From the NCBI GenBank assembly GCA_964270895.1, contig OZ185440.1: 64,000 bases of DNA. One strand, given 5' to 3'. The position numbers and the translations under genes were made by a program. Shown here piece after piece: positions 1 to 12,529 of this stretch. This DNA comes from Podarcis filfolensis (taxonomy: Eukaryota). Position 1 is the first letter of the stretch, and each line of letters opens with the position of its first letter. The notes beneath the pieces were generated by a model. It saw nothing but the letters and a program-made list of their open reading frames with translations, was not told the DNA's origin and searched no databases.

Positions 1-444
1 GAGCAGGGCTTCCAGAGAGGACAAGATGCACAGTAGCAACCACAGCCTGGACAAAAGGTGGCAGCTCAGGGGGAATTAAGAAGAAGAAAAGAATCAATGT
101 TATGAAACCTGAAAGCAAAAGCCAACGTACAGGAAAATCAATACATCTCGGAACAAAATACATAAAAATGATAATCTAAAAAACAATGACAGAGTGTTAA
201 AGGGGAATAAAATGGAGGAGGAGATAGAACCGGGAACAGAATGCAACAGAAAATGGTGGAAGGCAGTAATATGAGGTTTTATAATAAAAAGAGAAAGTAG
301 GAAACCAGAAAGAGCAATAAAGAATATTTTACTAAGGAACATATCACTCAGTCAAACAAGAGTGGGAAACATTTCAAAGGTTAAAAAGGCATATAAACTT
401 TGATATTTATGGCTTACAAATGTATTTTTCCTCTCTCTTTTTAG

Positions 445-537
445 AGCAATTGGCTACATCATGTCTACATTATTCTACCCAATCATCACCTTCATCCTTA
501 TCGCAATCTGCATTTCTTACTGGGCAGTGACAGCTGT
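445..537 (+). CDS. SLC44A5: Choline transporter-like protein 5, internal coding exon (first in window; gene starts upstream)
   Basis: Polypyrimidine tract + AG at 443-444; translates AIGYIMSTLFYPIITFILIAICISYWAVTAV, matching the CTL family; ends at donor GTATCCTT (538). Orthologue assigned from sequence and tail-to-tail synteny with LHX8. Confidence 0.93.
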
Positions 538-1387
538 GTATCCTTCTTGGAGTAAGAAAGGTGCCTGGATGCTTCTTGCATTCCTAGTTCAGCATTTTAG
601 CACTAAGCCAGAAAGTAAGGAGAGCGCCACCTCTTCTAAAAGAAGCTACATTGTGTGTGGTGGTGAGTGGGGAGGCGGAAGAGTCCTCGGTCAGTTTTAT
701 GTCTCAGTTGAGTCAGGTTGCACTGTTGAAGTCCAAGCTTGGCAGGAAACTGGTGTGGAAGCTTTTTTGGGGTTGCATATCCTATGAGATCCCCACAACA
801 TTCACCGGGTGTGAACACCTTAAGTTCTTGAAGTGTTCTTCTAACAGTGACACCTGAACATCTTACGAGATTGATTCGTACTTTCTCAGCGTCACATTCT
901 GGATGAACCTTGTAGGGTAATGGAATCTCAGTTTTGTGTTGCCGATACCACTTTGCATTTGGGGGGAAAGCATCCTGGAAGAGTAATATTTACAGCTTTT
1001 TCTCTCTCGTCAAAGTGATCACCTGGAGGTGTATTTTTATTTTTTATTTTCCTGTATCTGCCCATAGCTTTCCCTATGGTGTCCATATACGAAGTCATTA
1101 AATCATACCGTTTCCTTTTCTGTGTTTACCCCCAAGGTTACCCCACTGCTGTACTTGTTATTAAGCAAACGGCTTTACTCTCCTGTTGGAAGTGCTTGCA
1201 GGCGCAGTAAATAGGGTTGTAGAAAGTGCATTCGCACAGTGGGTATCATATTTTATGCTAGACATGGAAAGGCAGAAATTAAATGTATTCTCTGGGGCTT
1301 TCCCTGTGAATGCCAAGTATCTCTTGTGCTATGTTTCTCTGTTCAGAGTCTGTGATTCTGTTTCCTACTTAACCCAATTAAATCAAG
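538..1387 (+). other. SLC44A5: U12-type (minor spliceosome) GT-AG intron in SLC44A5
   Basis: 5' site GTATCCTT matches the U12 consensus; branch-point-like CCTACTTAAC (1364-1373) lies about 15 nt before the AG at 1386-1387; no polypyrimidine tract. Confidence 0.85.
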
Positions 1388-1475
1388 CTTTCTAGCTACA
1401 TCCGGAGAACCTGTGTACAAAGTCATGGCTAATCAAAGCCTGTGCAAGTATGCAAATCTGACCTGCTACCCAGAG
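1388..1475 (+). CDS. SLC44A5: SLC44A5 coding exon
   Basis: AG at 1386-1387; (V)FLATSGEPVYKVMANQSLCKYANLTCYPE; donor GTGAGC at 1476; phase 2 in, phase 0 out. Confidence 0.93.
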
Positions 1476-2768
1476 GTGAGCAGCATTTTATTTTATTTTG
1501 TTTTTATAAAATGCTATGTGAATTCTAGCTCTTCTTGAATGTCCTGTACATATGAAGTCAGTTTGAAAAACAATGCAGGTTCTCCACTCCGTATGCTTTC
1601 TGATAATAGAACTGCACACATGAACATCATCACCATCATTATTACTTGTGTGTCTTTGTTTCTCAATTTGATCCTTTTACATAGTTTTGAATGTAATGTA
1701 TTTTCTGCATTGCGACTTGCAGTTATTTTTATTGATCATGGATTAGTAATTATTGTAATTGGTCAGAGTGAATTTCTATTTTATTATTATTTGCTGAGGT
1801 TTTGAGAGTTAATTTTATTGTGTGCTATTATATTCAAAAAGATTATTGAATATTACTTTATTTGATGGAAGTCGTTCCATTTTAAAACTATGTTTTATTA
1901 TGACTTTATGTATTGGGCCAGTTTATTTATAACCTGTGTGTTCTTTATATTGTATATTTTGTTGCTGTATAATAATACAGAAAAGTGGTATACAAATTAA
2001 AAGAGAGATGAAATGAAATGAAACCTATATGTCCCACTTACTATTAGTTCAGGAGTCATCAGTATCTTCTGTAGTGCCTGTGGAAGGTCTCGTTAAATAT
2101 CCCCTCAAAATCTCAGAATAAAATGAAGACTGTTTGCTCCTCCTGCTCAGTTTGTGTTTGCATGGGCTTGGTCTCTCCATAGAACATGCCCACATTTCAT
2201 TGACTGTCAGGACTGGACAATGACTGTCTCTTTCCTATTTGAACTCAATAGTAGTGCAAAAAGCTTCCCCTCAGTGAGTTAGTGTGGTGGCGGCGGTGTG
2301 GGTGCCTTTCTCCTATCAGAGGGGGAGAGGGTACATCCACAACATTTTGTGGTTCTCTCTCTCTCTCTTTGCTCCTTTACTTGAGGCAACCATTTTGTTT
2401 TGTGTCACTCCCACAGCAGCTGTTTTGTATTATGCCACGCCCCAGTGGCAGCCATTTGTGACTGGCGCCCACAGCACTTTCTCAAGATTCCAAATGGGAC
2501 AAAAAATGTTGGCCCCTATGTAGTTACTTTATTGGCCCTTAGTTCCATTAGGAACCTTCTGTATTACCTGTGTCTAGCTGCTGCCACGGGCAAGATACTG
2601 GGTAACATGGACCATTGCTGCCAGTCTTTAGGACTATTCTCAAGAAATTATTTGCCAGATGAGCTAACTACTGGTTCAGATTTATTAATGTGTTGATGAT
2701 TTAGAATTGTACTGAAACATTTTTATATCCCCTTATTTGTGACCTTTCCCCCCTCCCCTTGTCCATAG

Positions 2769-3031
2769 ACATTCAACACAACCAACGTAACCAAGCTGTG
2801 TCCAGGAGCCCAGTGTACTTTTGCTTTCTATGGTGGAGAAAGCCTGTACCACAGATACATCTTAATCTTTCAAATCAGCAACGTGTTTGTGTTCCTCTGG
2901 CTGGTGAACTTTGCAATTGCATTGGGTCAGTGTACTCTTGCTGGTGCCTTTGCCTCTTACTACTGGGCCTTTAGAAAACCTGCTGATATTCCAGCATGCC
3001 CGCTCTTTTCTTCATTTGGACGAGCAATACG
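2769..3031 (+). CDS. SLC44A5: SLC44A5 coding exon
   Basis: [88 protein letters not shown]; contains the CTL motif [14 protein letters not shown]; tag/GTAAGT boundaries. Confidence 0.96.
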
Positions 3032-3732
3032 GTAAGTTAAAGAATCACTCGTCCGCATTCGTATCTGTTTCTGCTTTTAGAAACGTGCCCTATACCTTAC
3101 AATGAAAAGTGGCTTTTAGAATCAAAACAATTACAGAATTTAATACACCGCTATCCAGTCAGTGTACGAAGCAGTGCATGTGGTGGAATCAGACCACTAA
3201 GCTGCCTCCCAACATCACATCTTCTCTGTGGGGCAGGTGGAAGCCATGCTAGGTTACACTAGCAGAATTGCCAGATTGGTATTGGGGGGCCCTGACAGTG
3301 CAACCACCTGGGCATGCCCTACCTCCATCCAGGTAAGCAGAAGCAACGTCAGTGTAGAAAGGGCAGCTCTGTGACTCAGCCCCATCATAAGCCCTGCTTA
3401 TCACATAAAGCCTCCTCTCAGTCATTAAGCCTTTCCCATTTGCTGCTTTACATAAGGTATTTAGAATCTTTGAATTGTACCCTCCCCTTAGCCCTAGAGT
3501 TAGGAGCAAGCTAGAAATCAAAAGCAAAAGAAAGGAATACTTTGTGTGTACATGATTTATTAATATAAGAGAATTATTTAATTGCAGTATAGGAAGCTGC
3601 ATATATGGATATATTCATAGTTTGGAAGGGGGGGGAGTTGTGTCAGCTGCCTCACCTGTGTTGTTTATCATAACAGCACTGTGTCCAAAAACAGATCTCT
3701 TTCTGATTCGTACAATATATTTTTCTTACTAG

Positions 3733-3827
3733 ATATCACACTGGTTCCCTAGCTTTTGGCTCTTTAATTCTTGCAATAGTCCAACTCATTAGAGTAATCC
3801 TGGAATACCTGGATCACAAACTCAAAG
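3733..3827 (+). CDS. SLC44A5: SLC44A5 coding exon
   Basis: YHTGSLAFGSLILAIVQLIRVILEYLDHKLK(G), a hallmark CTL motif; tag/GTGAGT boundaries. Confidence 0.96.
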
Positions 3828-4944
3828 GTGAGTTTCATGACATTGCACATTCTCTATTCCCATTGAGAGTATGGTATATATTTGCTATGAAAAGCTGGTA
3901 ATCATCTCTCGGGCTCATAGGCTAGTATGGTTCAGAAATGTGGGCCACAAGCCCCTGTTTCTCTTTTAATGATGGGAAATACTGTGTACATGCATTATGA
4001 ATGCACCTGTGCAGTAACTGATGAGGTTTTCTTTTTTATAATAATCATTCATGGAGTGTTCAGGGTGTCTGTAGTTTATGCTGCTTCTCCTTTGGCACAA
4101 CAAGAAATGAAATAATGGCCTGGTTCTCATATCACATTAATCTGAATTTTCAGTGTGCTTGTGCACATTGTTGAAAAGTTCTCGGCTCTCCTCCTGCTGC
4201 TATGTGTGAGGCTTCCATAGTCTGGCTCATCATGGTCCAGGGTTTTTTATTCTCCCCCCCCCAAAAAACCCCCCACAATCAGTAAGCCCAAGAGCAAACC
4301 TTGGTCACCACTCACTGGGCAGAAACAAATGACAAACTCTACTTAGGACAGTACTTTGGTAAGGCAGCAGGTGGAGAAGTGACAAAGGAGCAGAGTGAGA
4401 ACCTTTTCAGAAGTGTGCACCAGCACACTGCATTCACAGTAAACCACGGTTTGCTTTTACAAAAAAGCAGGGATGGTGTGGAATGGGAAACCCTAGTACC
4501 ATTATCAGTTCTGAACTATATGTCAACAACAACAGCTTAAATGTGCTGTGTGGCAAATCCAAAGGTTCAATTTTGTGCTGGCTTGCAGATGATAAACTGC
4601 TAAACTACAGCATGGTAGATTCCACATAGTGCTTTTTAAGGGATGGTACTCATCAATAAGAAGTACCATATCCTCTGGCCTTTTTGCTGTCCATGACAGT
4701 CATTGTGTGCTGATACCCACAACACTTTTATCAAGATACCAGTACTGGCACACCCCCTTTTTTTTACCAAAACGCCTCACAAAACACTGTACATACTTGT
4801 TGCAAATCAGTGAGAAAGCAATCAGCCAGAAAACCCACACAGATGTGCTGGTGCAAACCAAGTCAAATCAAGTATGGGCCATGTTTTCCATCTTCTTAGG
4901 TTTTCTTCTTTCTTAAGAAATGTTTCCTTTCCCCCCTCCTGCAG

Positions 4945-5048
4945 GCTCACAGAATGTCTTTGCTAAGTTCCTCCTTTGCTGCCTCAAATGCTGTTTCTGG
5001 TGCCTGGAAAAATTCCTCAAATTTATCAACAGAAATGCCTACATCATG
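4945..5048 (+). CDS. SLC44A5: SLC44A5 coding exon
   Basis: [34 protein letters not shown]; cag/GTATGT boundaries. Confidence 0.96.
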
Positions 5049-5980
5049 GTATGTATTTTCTCTCTCTTCTTTGCCAGTATGCTGCTGTGTCATGTCTGAA
5101 GACCAGTTAGTGGTGTGGCGAACACAACCCCCTAGTGAGCCTTATTTTAAACTATAATATTTTGTGATATCCTCTTATCTAAAACAAAGTAAACAAAACC
5201 GTAGAAAGAAATAATGAAAACAATGGTCATGTTTGCACATAACACAACTCCTTAAACTGAGCTCTTCCTTTAATCAAGGGTTTAACATTAGGTCTAAACC
5301 AGTGCTCATGGTTTGCTTCACCCCAAACAAACCATGATCTATAGCCAAGGTTTGTAGTTGCCTTACCAATCATAGTCTCTTTGGAGGAAACAATGAATCC
5401 TGATTTGCATGTGCAACTAAGGCAGGCAATTCAGCCCTATGTAGAGTGCATTGCCATAGTTTGTTTGGATTTGTGATTAAGGATCTGAATGACAGGTGTG
5501 GGTACCAAGCTGTTTTGGGTCGCATTGTAAAGTTTCATTGGTGATTTATTTCTTCCAAACAATTGGAAGACACTTTTTTTTTTTTTAGACTTGTGTTTAA
5601 AGTCAGTTTTAATATTTTTGTCTTAAGCAGACTTATATGTCCAGGTCCATTGTCATATTCTGTACCGCCAACCATCTCCCTGTATTTTTGGCTCCTTTAC
5701 AATAATGCAAATTGTCCATTTGTGTCTCAGCTTTAGAGAAAATATTTTAGTATTTCTTAGCAGGGGATTTTTGGGGCTCTAGTAGAAATAAAACTTGAAA
5801 AGCAAACAGAGCAGGGTGACATGCAAGTGGATATTTTTGTCCACAGACAGGAAATAACATGGTGCTGGACATCTTTCTTTCCTTGTATCTTGCCATTCTC
5901 ATAGGTCTGGCCCCCAGAGTGAACCCTTTTCATAATGGGGCTTTCCCGCAAATAAGTTAACAGCTGTTAATATTTTGCAG

Positions 5981-6054
5981 ATTGCGATATATGGTAAAAA
6001 CTTCTGCACATCAGCCAGGGAAGCTTTCTTTCTGCTCATGAGAAACGTGGTGAG
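5981..6054 (+). CDS. SLC44A5: SLC44A5 coding exon
   Basis: IAIYGKNFCTSAREAFFLLMRNVV(R); cag/GTAAGG boundaries. Confidence 0.96.
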
Positions 6055-6960
6055 GTAAGGGACCGTGCATTCCATAACCTGTGGACTCATCATTTAAAAC
6101 ATTATAAATGTGTTATTAAAATGGGACACCAGAGGGTGCTGCAGAGCAGCGAGCCTCCCACAGTGGGAAATCCCTGTTAAGCTTTATAGAATGTTTTCAT
6201 TTGAACGGTTTAGAACATCAGTGTAGATCCAGCCTGTGTGACACCTGCCACTCCATGGCACTTCAAAAACATACTCTACTAATCTATTAAATATTCAAAC
6301 CATTGCCAGTGTTGAAGGCCTAGGCTGCAGAAGCAACAGAATGATCTGATGTATTGCACCATACCACTGCAGAAGGGGAGGGGGGAGGAGAAAACCCTTT
6401 TGAATGCTTCCCTACATTAAAAACAACAACAGCAAAAACAACAAATGAAGAAAAGCTAACGTTAAGAACGGTTTTAGTTTTGCATGATTCTGTACTAGAT
6501 CTCAAGTTGCAATGAGGTTTTTTTTTTAAAAAAATAATGTTGGGATTTTTACATAAGGGGGGGCATTAAAAAATGTTATCCCCCTCCCCCAACACTTACT
6601 TTCTGAACTGGTATATATAGTACATTCTGTTACTTCATTCTGTTGCTTAGTTAAATAATTAGTTCAGCAGCTTTTAAGATACTAATCAGAAAGCGAAAGA
6701 GCATCCACCTTTTCCCCAGTATCTCAGAATATAAATCTTTTCTGCCCTTAGATTAATTAGCATGTTTGAACTCTTATCTTTAAAACTAGACTCTTCAGCA
6801 CAGTGAACTATTACATTACATGGTGGCTTTAGAATTAAACTTTTCAAATTAGTTTTCACACCAAAGCTTCTCAACGATTTTAATGTTGGCTGAAAGTAGC
6901 CCTGTTTTAACTTTTGGAGATAAACCTTTTGCAATCCTGTTCATTATCTCTGTTGCATAG

Positions 6961-7031
6961 AGTTGCAGTGCTGGATAAAGTGACAGACTTTTTACTATTC
7001 CTGGGAAAAATTCTTGTTGCTGGAGGTGTGG
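6961..7031 (+). CDS. SLC44A5: SLC44A5 coding exon
   Basis: VAVLDKVTDFLLFLGKILVAGGV(G); tag/GTAAGT boundaries. Confidence 0.96.
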
Positions 7032-7197
7032 GTAAGTCAACAGACTCTTTCAATTTAATATTTTCAGCTTGGTTGAGTTAAAGGAATAGCTTGATAAGGA
7101 GTTGACTGAGGCTGGATCTAGACATATCAAAGAAGTGTTTTAGTTTACAGCGTTGTAAATTTAAACAGGGAAAACAGGTAGAGAAATGAGGCTCTAC

Positions 7198-7216
7198 ATC
7201 GCCATCTGGTGGCACA
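7198..7216 (-). promoter_or_regulatory. Candidate CTCF binding site
   Basis: Minus strand reads TGTGCCACCAGATGGCGAT; the core CCACCAGATGGCG fits the CTCF consensus CC(A/G)(C/G)(C/T)AG(A/G)(T/G)GGC. Confidence 0.55.
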
Positions 7217-7966
7217 ATGTTATATTGCACATACAACACATATAAATAGCTTTTTCTTTACCAGTGTAGCTGAGTACTGGGACCTCCCTGATTTGGGCAC
7301 TACTAATTCAAATGTTGTAGCCTTTTTAAAACCTGAGCTTCATTCATGTAAATCTTTGGGGGGAAATCTTTGTGGGGAAGTTTGATTTTTCACTTTCTTG
7401 TTGATTTTGAACTCTTAATTCGCTGGTACTCAACTTCATCTATAATGTGCTGTTTGCTGTTATTGCACATTATTTTAAAGCTGTAAAAGTAAATGAGAAT
7501 TGTCTGGAAACGCAAACCATGAAATAGTGAAATTGATTAATGTTTTCCTTGTGCTTAAGGACAAATCCCTTGGGCTAATTAATGTACATGTCTTTCGCTT
7601 CCTACTTAGCACAGATGTTATTGGGAATTAATATCTCAATTTGTCATATAAAATGTTGAATCAGATATATGGAAATACACCGTAGTTGAATGGTTCTCCA
7701 AGACTAAAAGTAGTTGAGTTATTTTTTTTTTTTAAATCAAATTTGTGAATCTTTTCTCTCTTTTTAAAATTGTACTTTTCATTGCACTGTCTTCTTCTTT
7801 ACTTATAAAAGCCAGTTTGATTCATAACATATTATTGATTAAAATGTTCTGGTTGTGTGAATCACAGATAATTAATCTGAATACAGTTTTGTCCCAGTAC
7901 AGATACTGGAAATAATTCAAGTCAGAGTCAGCTGCTTGAAAAATCTTATCTTTCCCCCTCTTACAG

Positions 7967-8055
7967 GTGTCCTAGCTTTCTTCTTCTTCACACACAGGAT
8001 ACCAATATTCACACAAGAAGCACCATCACTGAATTACTATTGGGTCCCACTCTTG
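7967..8055 (+). CDS. SLC44A5: SLC44A5 coding exon
   Basis: [29 protein letters not shown]; cag/GTAAGA boundaries. Confidence 0.96.
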
Positions 8056-9287
8056 GTAAGAACATTACTAAAGTTCTTAGAAACCAGGTGATCTAGGCCT
8101 GGCACCTGGCACCCACCATGGCATGGCAAATGTTGGGATCCATGGGTCTTGAACTCCCTCATTCCCCTTCCCCCTTCCTCTAACAGTGACATCCTTTGCA
8201 TTTTGTCTGTTGTTGGGCTTTTTCTATTCATCTTAGGGCTTCGCACCGATAAGAAGCAGCAAAGGGCAGAATAGATAAGTCCAGAACAAATACACAGTTA
8301 TATTAGTGCTTCCTGGAAGATATAAGTGGCACAGTCCATGCTCACCAGATACATGGCAGAGAAGAGGAGAGGAGAGGTCAGGGATCAACATCATAGAACA
8401 AGAGAGTTCAAGGTTGGGATGGGGGGGGGGGTCATCAAGCACCAAAGGAGCTTGCATTAGTGAGATACAGAGTCCCATTGCTTGGGATGGTTTATTTTAT
8501 ATCACATCTAATTGTCTACTTAGGCAGGAAAGACTTGAAATCCAATGAGTTTGCAAGAGCGCTGCAGATCCACAATTAAAGCCATGGTCAGGCATTCTCC
8601 TGAACATGTGGGAATAGGGCAGTAGGACCTCAAGGCAAACCCTGCCCTCAGTATTCCTGGAAGTTCTGGTACTTCTTGCTGGTTTTTAAATGCATGTTAA
8701 TTGAAGAAACTCTTCCCCAAACTGGGAACCCTGATAAGTCTGGGTTCCTGCTTGCAGGGAGATTTATAAAAGCACATTAAAACTCCCTTCAGGCCTTTGC
8801 ATTAATCACAGGAAGATCTGAAAAGCAGCTTGCAAGCCATGGACATTGCAGGCATTGCCTTCACCCATGGTTTAAACCTTTGTCTGTTCAGAAAATTGCC
8901 TGAACATAGCTCTTGTCTTCTCACGGTTTAAAGTAAGGAATGCTTGTTTTTTCTGTTTATTCAGACAATTGCAATCATCTCTAAGCAATATAGAGAAATT
9001 CAATACAATTTTTTTAAAAAAAATAATCCCCAAATTATAAAACCAGAAATCAGAATGCCTGCTGGAGTTTTATTTGTTCGTTTATTTAAGTCTTCAGTAG
9101 ATGTCTGATCTAAACTGGAAGGGAGTTTGATAAAATTGGGCCCCTCAGGCTCCTGTGAATACAAGCAGCGCAAAGACCTCACTGATCAAGGCAAGGACTT
9201 AAGGGATCAGGAGGTACCTGACATATCCTGCAGCCTAACTTCTTAAGGGGCATGTAAATTAATATAATGAGCACTCACACTTTACAT

Positions 9288-10097
9288 TGTGAGTGCCCTT
9301 TGCGGGATTGTGCGTGGTGCTACAGTTCCCAGGGAGCTTACTGGCAAACAGGGGCTGGCTTGCCTCTCAGTGTTAATTTTTGGAGGTTCACGCCCAGCCT
9401 CAGAAATCAAGTTTCTTGCTGGGAGGTGGGGCCAGCCCCATTTATAAATAGGGGTTGGAGCCGACAATAGCCAGGCAGTCAGCTCTGGAGATTCACCCTC
9501 CCTACTCTCCCTCTGTTTAAGGTTTCTTGTTTGCAGGTTAACTTTTTCTTCCTGTTTAGCGGCCGCTGCTACGGTCTTTGACTGGTTGCTGTTGAAGGAC
9601 CAGGAAGAAATTTTCCTGCATTGGCAGGTTTTGTCTTCCTCGTAGCAATTTGTCACAACTTTGGCGGTTATGGCCTTGGGTGGAATCCTTGAGTCTTTTC
9701 TTCCCTATTTGGTGGGGGGGATGGGCGTGAAGTGGCGACTCACCCACCTGTGGTGGCAATTCCCGCATCCCCTCTTAAAGGGGTTATATATATGGGTGTC
9801 ACTGGCCATACACTGAAAGGTTGTCAGTGAACTACTCTGCATGCAGGGATATGAGCTGGGCTGCCTGCTACGCTTACATCTCACAGAGCACCCCCATACC
9901 CCATTTTCCCTGATGAGCCCCAGTTTCCCCCGGCTGGGGGGCTGGGAGGGATACACGCCCAAGGCCTAAGCCAAGGTCTTCCGACATTCGGAAGTTTAAT
10001 AAAGTTGTGGCCTAATTTTAATTCCATATAACATTGTCAGAGTCTTTATTCCTTCCTTATGATCCCTGGGAGCTGGAGCTGTTGCCGCCTGGTCACA
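9288..10097 (+). mobile_element. Probable solo LTR in an SLC44A5 intron
   Basis: TGTGA...TCACA terminal inverted pentamers; TATAAATA at 9443-9450; AATAAA at 9998-10003 about 95 nt before the 3' end; GC/CpG content above flanking intron. No clean TSD found, so boundaries are approximate. Confidence 0.55.
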
Positions 10098-10159
10098 CAA
10101 TATTATTTAATTCCCATATGATAATGTATAATCAACATGTTTCTTCCTCCTTTTTTCAG

Positions 10160-10244
10160 ACGGTCATTATAGGCTCTTACCTTGTTGCACATGGTTTCTT
10201 CAGTGTCTATGCAATGTGTGTTGACACACTTTTCCTCTGCTTTT
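10160..10244 (+). CDS. SLC44A5: SLC44A5 penultimate coding exon
   Basis: [28 protein letters not shown] + 1 nt (T); cag/GTAAGT boundaries; phase 1 out. Confidence 0.96.
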
Positions 10245-10758
10245 GTAAGTAATTGGCTCTTTGTTGTTTACTTTCCTCTTTTTATAACGCTAAGATAAAG
10301 AATATGTAGTAGGAAGCCATTGCTGTTTCTCTCATTGTGCTGTTTGATCCATTGCAATCTTCACTACACAAGAGATTATAAATTACAGCAGTATCAGATG
10401 TGGCTTCATTAGTTCAGTCGGCAAAATGTGACTATTCACTAGACCAGCTAGTCTTCAGAGACTGTTTCATAATAAGTACTAACATGTTGCTTCTGGGTGC
10501 TCTGTAGTTTCATCATGTCCAGTGTGTTTCACTTAGATGAATGCTGTGTCACCCTGCTTATAACAGCCTTGCAATTTTTGTAGGCACAAGAATGTTGTAT
10601 TAATTTAAAATAATGTAAAACTGCATTCCCCCTACAGGGGCTGAAGGTTTAATATACATTGACATGACAAACATTTATCAGCCCTTATTCACACGTTAAT
10701 CGGAGCAAGGTATTACCCACATAACATATTTTCAGTATCAAGACTCTTCTAATGCTAT

Positions 10759-10789
10759 GATAGATAGATAGATGATAGATAGATAGATA
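10759..10789 (+). repeat. (GATA)n microsatellite, interrupted
   Basis: gatagatagatagatgatagatagatagata. Confidence 0.9.
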
Positions 10790-11912
10790 TGTACCTTGGA
10801 ACATAGTGCTTATCATTACCACTTTAATCAGCCCATAAACACCTGGAATTCACAATATTATTTGAATAAGCGAAAACTTGCCTTCTATCCAGTTATCGTA
10901 TTATTTTCTATGCACTCCTGATTTTCTGTTCCTCTGTGATATTGATCTCCAATATAGAGATCTCCCCCCCCCCCACTCCACTTTCTGACCACCTTCTGAG
11001 CAAAGGACCCAGCTATCTTGAGGCTGCAATCTATAACTGGAAGCTGATTGCCACCACCATTTTGCATGCACATTGGCTTTTTCTGCCATTTCAGTGTGTT
11101 CGAGTATTCTTTAGAAAGTTCTAGCACTTGTCTAAACTGTGATTCGCTGTCTCTCGAAAATCGTTTCCAAAAATTGGTTGGAGCAGGAGATGGTGATCTA
11201 CAATCTTGGTGTGCATTCATAAAACTGATTTATTATGTTGGAATGCACAGAAAAAAGTCAACTTGAGTTGTTGACTTCCAACAACTAATTTGTTATGAAT
11301 GGTTGGGTGGATGGGATGTTGTTCACCCTCAAAAACAAGTTTGTTGCCATTATTCAAATTTAAAAATAAGGCTTTGACAAGCGAGCTTGGAGAGGATAAC
11401 TCTCCACCCAGTGTATCCCACGTAGTGAAATAAAGGATCAGATTCTGAAGTTGTCAGCTGAATTTGTGAAACTTTATGGTGAATTAAATTTCTCGAAGAA
11501 CACAGGCATAGGCATCCCAGTTGTTGAGTGAAACCTCTATGATTGCATAGCACTATCATATATTTTTTATGACTTGGCAGTTTATAAACATTCTTACAAT
11601 ACAATTTAACATCAATGCATCTGAAAACTGCACTTTTTAAACTCAAAATGGTGTTCTTCCAAGTTAAATCAGTTTATTCTTGGACTCCCCCCCCCGCCCT
11701 ACCCCCCCCACCTAAGACCACAAAAATGCAATTGTGGGATGAAATTCGGACCCTTGGATTAGTGCAATCCTTTTCCAAATGTGCTTTCTGAGAACAGGCC
11801 AATAGGAAGCTTTTCTGTGCAAGCCCTACCGAAATGAATGATGTGGGTGTCATAATGTGTAAAGGAATGCAGTGATGACCATGGGGCCTGTGAAAGAGGC
11901 TTTAATGCAGCC

Positions 11913-11976
11913 TTTGCCAACCTGGTGCTCTTCAGGTGTTTTGGACTACAACTCCCATCAGCCTCTACTAACACTG
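11913..11976. mobile_element. Fragment of small squamate hAT-type MITE
   Basis: ggtgttttggactacaactcccatcagcc is the reverse complement of the gatgggagttgtagtcccaaaaca core seen at 49148-49225. Confidence 0.5.
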
Positions 11977-12529
11977 CAGGCACAAGCTTGGCGAAAGCTG
12001 CCCTTATAATATATATATGTGTGTCCTCTATTTTGCTGAGCAACTCTCCAAAGATATCAGCAGAGTCTGACCTCTTGTGGCAAAAATAAAAAGCAGAATA
12101 AGAAAGAGCCAGAAATAATAATACAGATTTTTCACACGGGATGCAATGTTCTTAGGTACAAAGTACTGTTATTACAAGGTGGTCAAGTCCCCAAAGTATG
12201 AGATTCACAAGAAATCAGGGCCTTCAGCTTTACTACCAAGCACAGAATAATCACTTTTAATATGTTGCATGTGCAGAAGTGTTAAACTCAATGTTGCTCA
12301 ACATTGGTTGTGGTCTACCTTCTGTTTATATTAAAAGGTGGGTATTAGCATTTTCGTGGCACCCTGCGACAACACCAGCAACACTAAAATTCAGTTCTCT
12401 TGTAACAAGTTTTCTAATGTTGTTTCTTTTCCTCCCTCTGAATCTCTGTCTCTTTCTCTCTCATTTTCATTTCTGTTTGACTGCATGGCTGCTTGCTGCT
12501 TTGGCTCCTTTTGATCACTTCACATTCAG

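Noticed and set aside
100-342. 80-aa hydrophobic ORF on - strand
   Set aside because: Shadow of an A/purine-rich tract (possibly an old L1 remnant); composition explains the hydrophobicity; no family motif.
461-787. 108-aa ORF starting MSTLFYP as a separate gene
   Set aside because: It is the SLC44A5 exon 445-537 read through into the U12 intron.
4008-4040. Intronic AVTDEVFFF resembling human SLC44A5 VAVTDEVTYF, suggesting a misplaced exon copy
   Set aside because: Only six residues match, no suitable acceptor or donor, wrong position; the true exon is 6961-7031. Probably chance.
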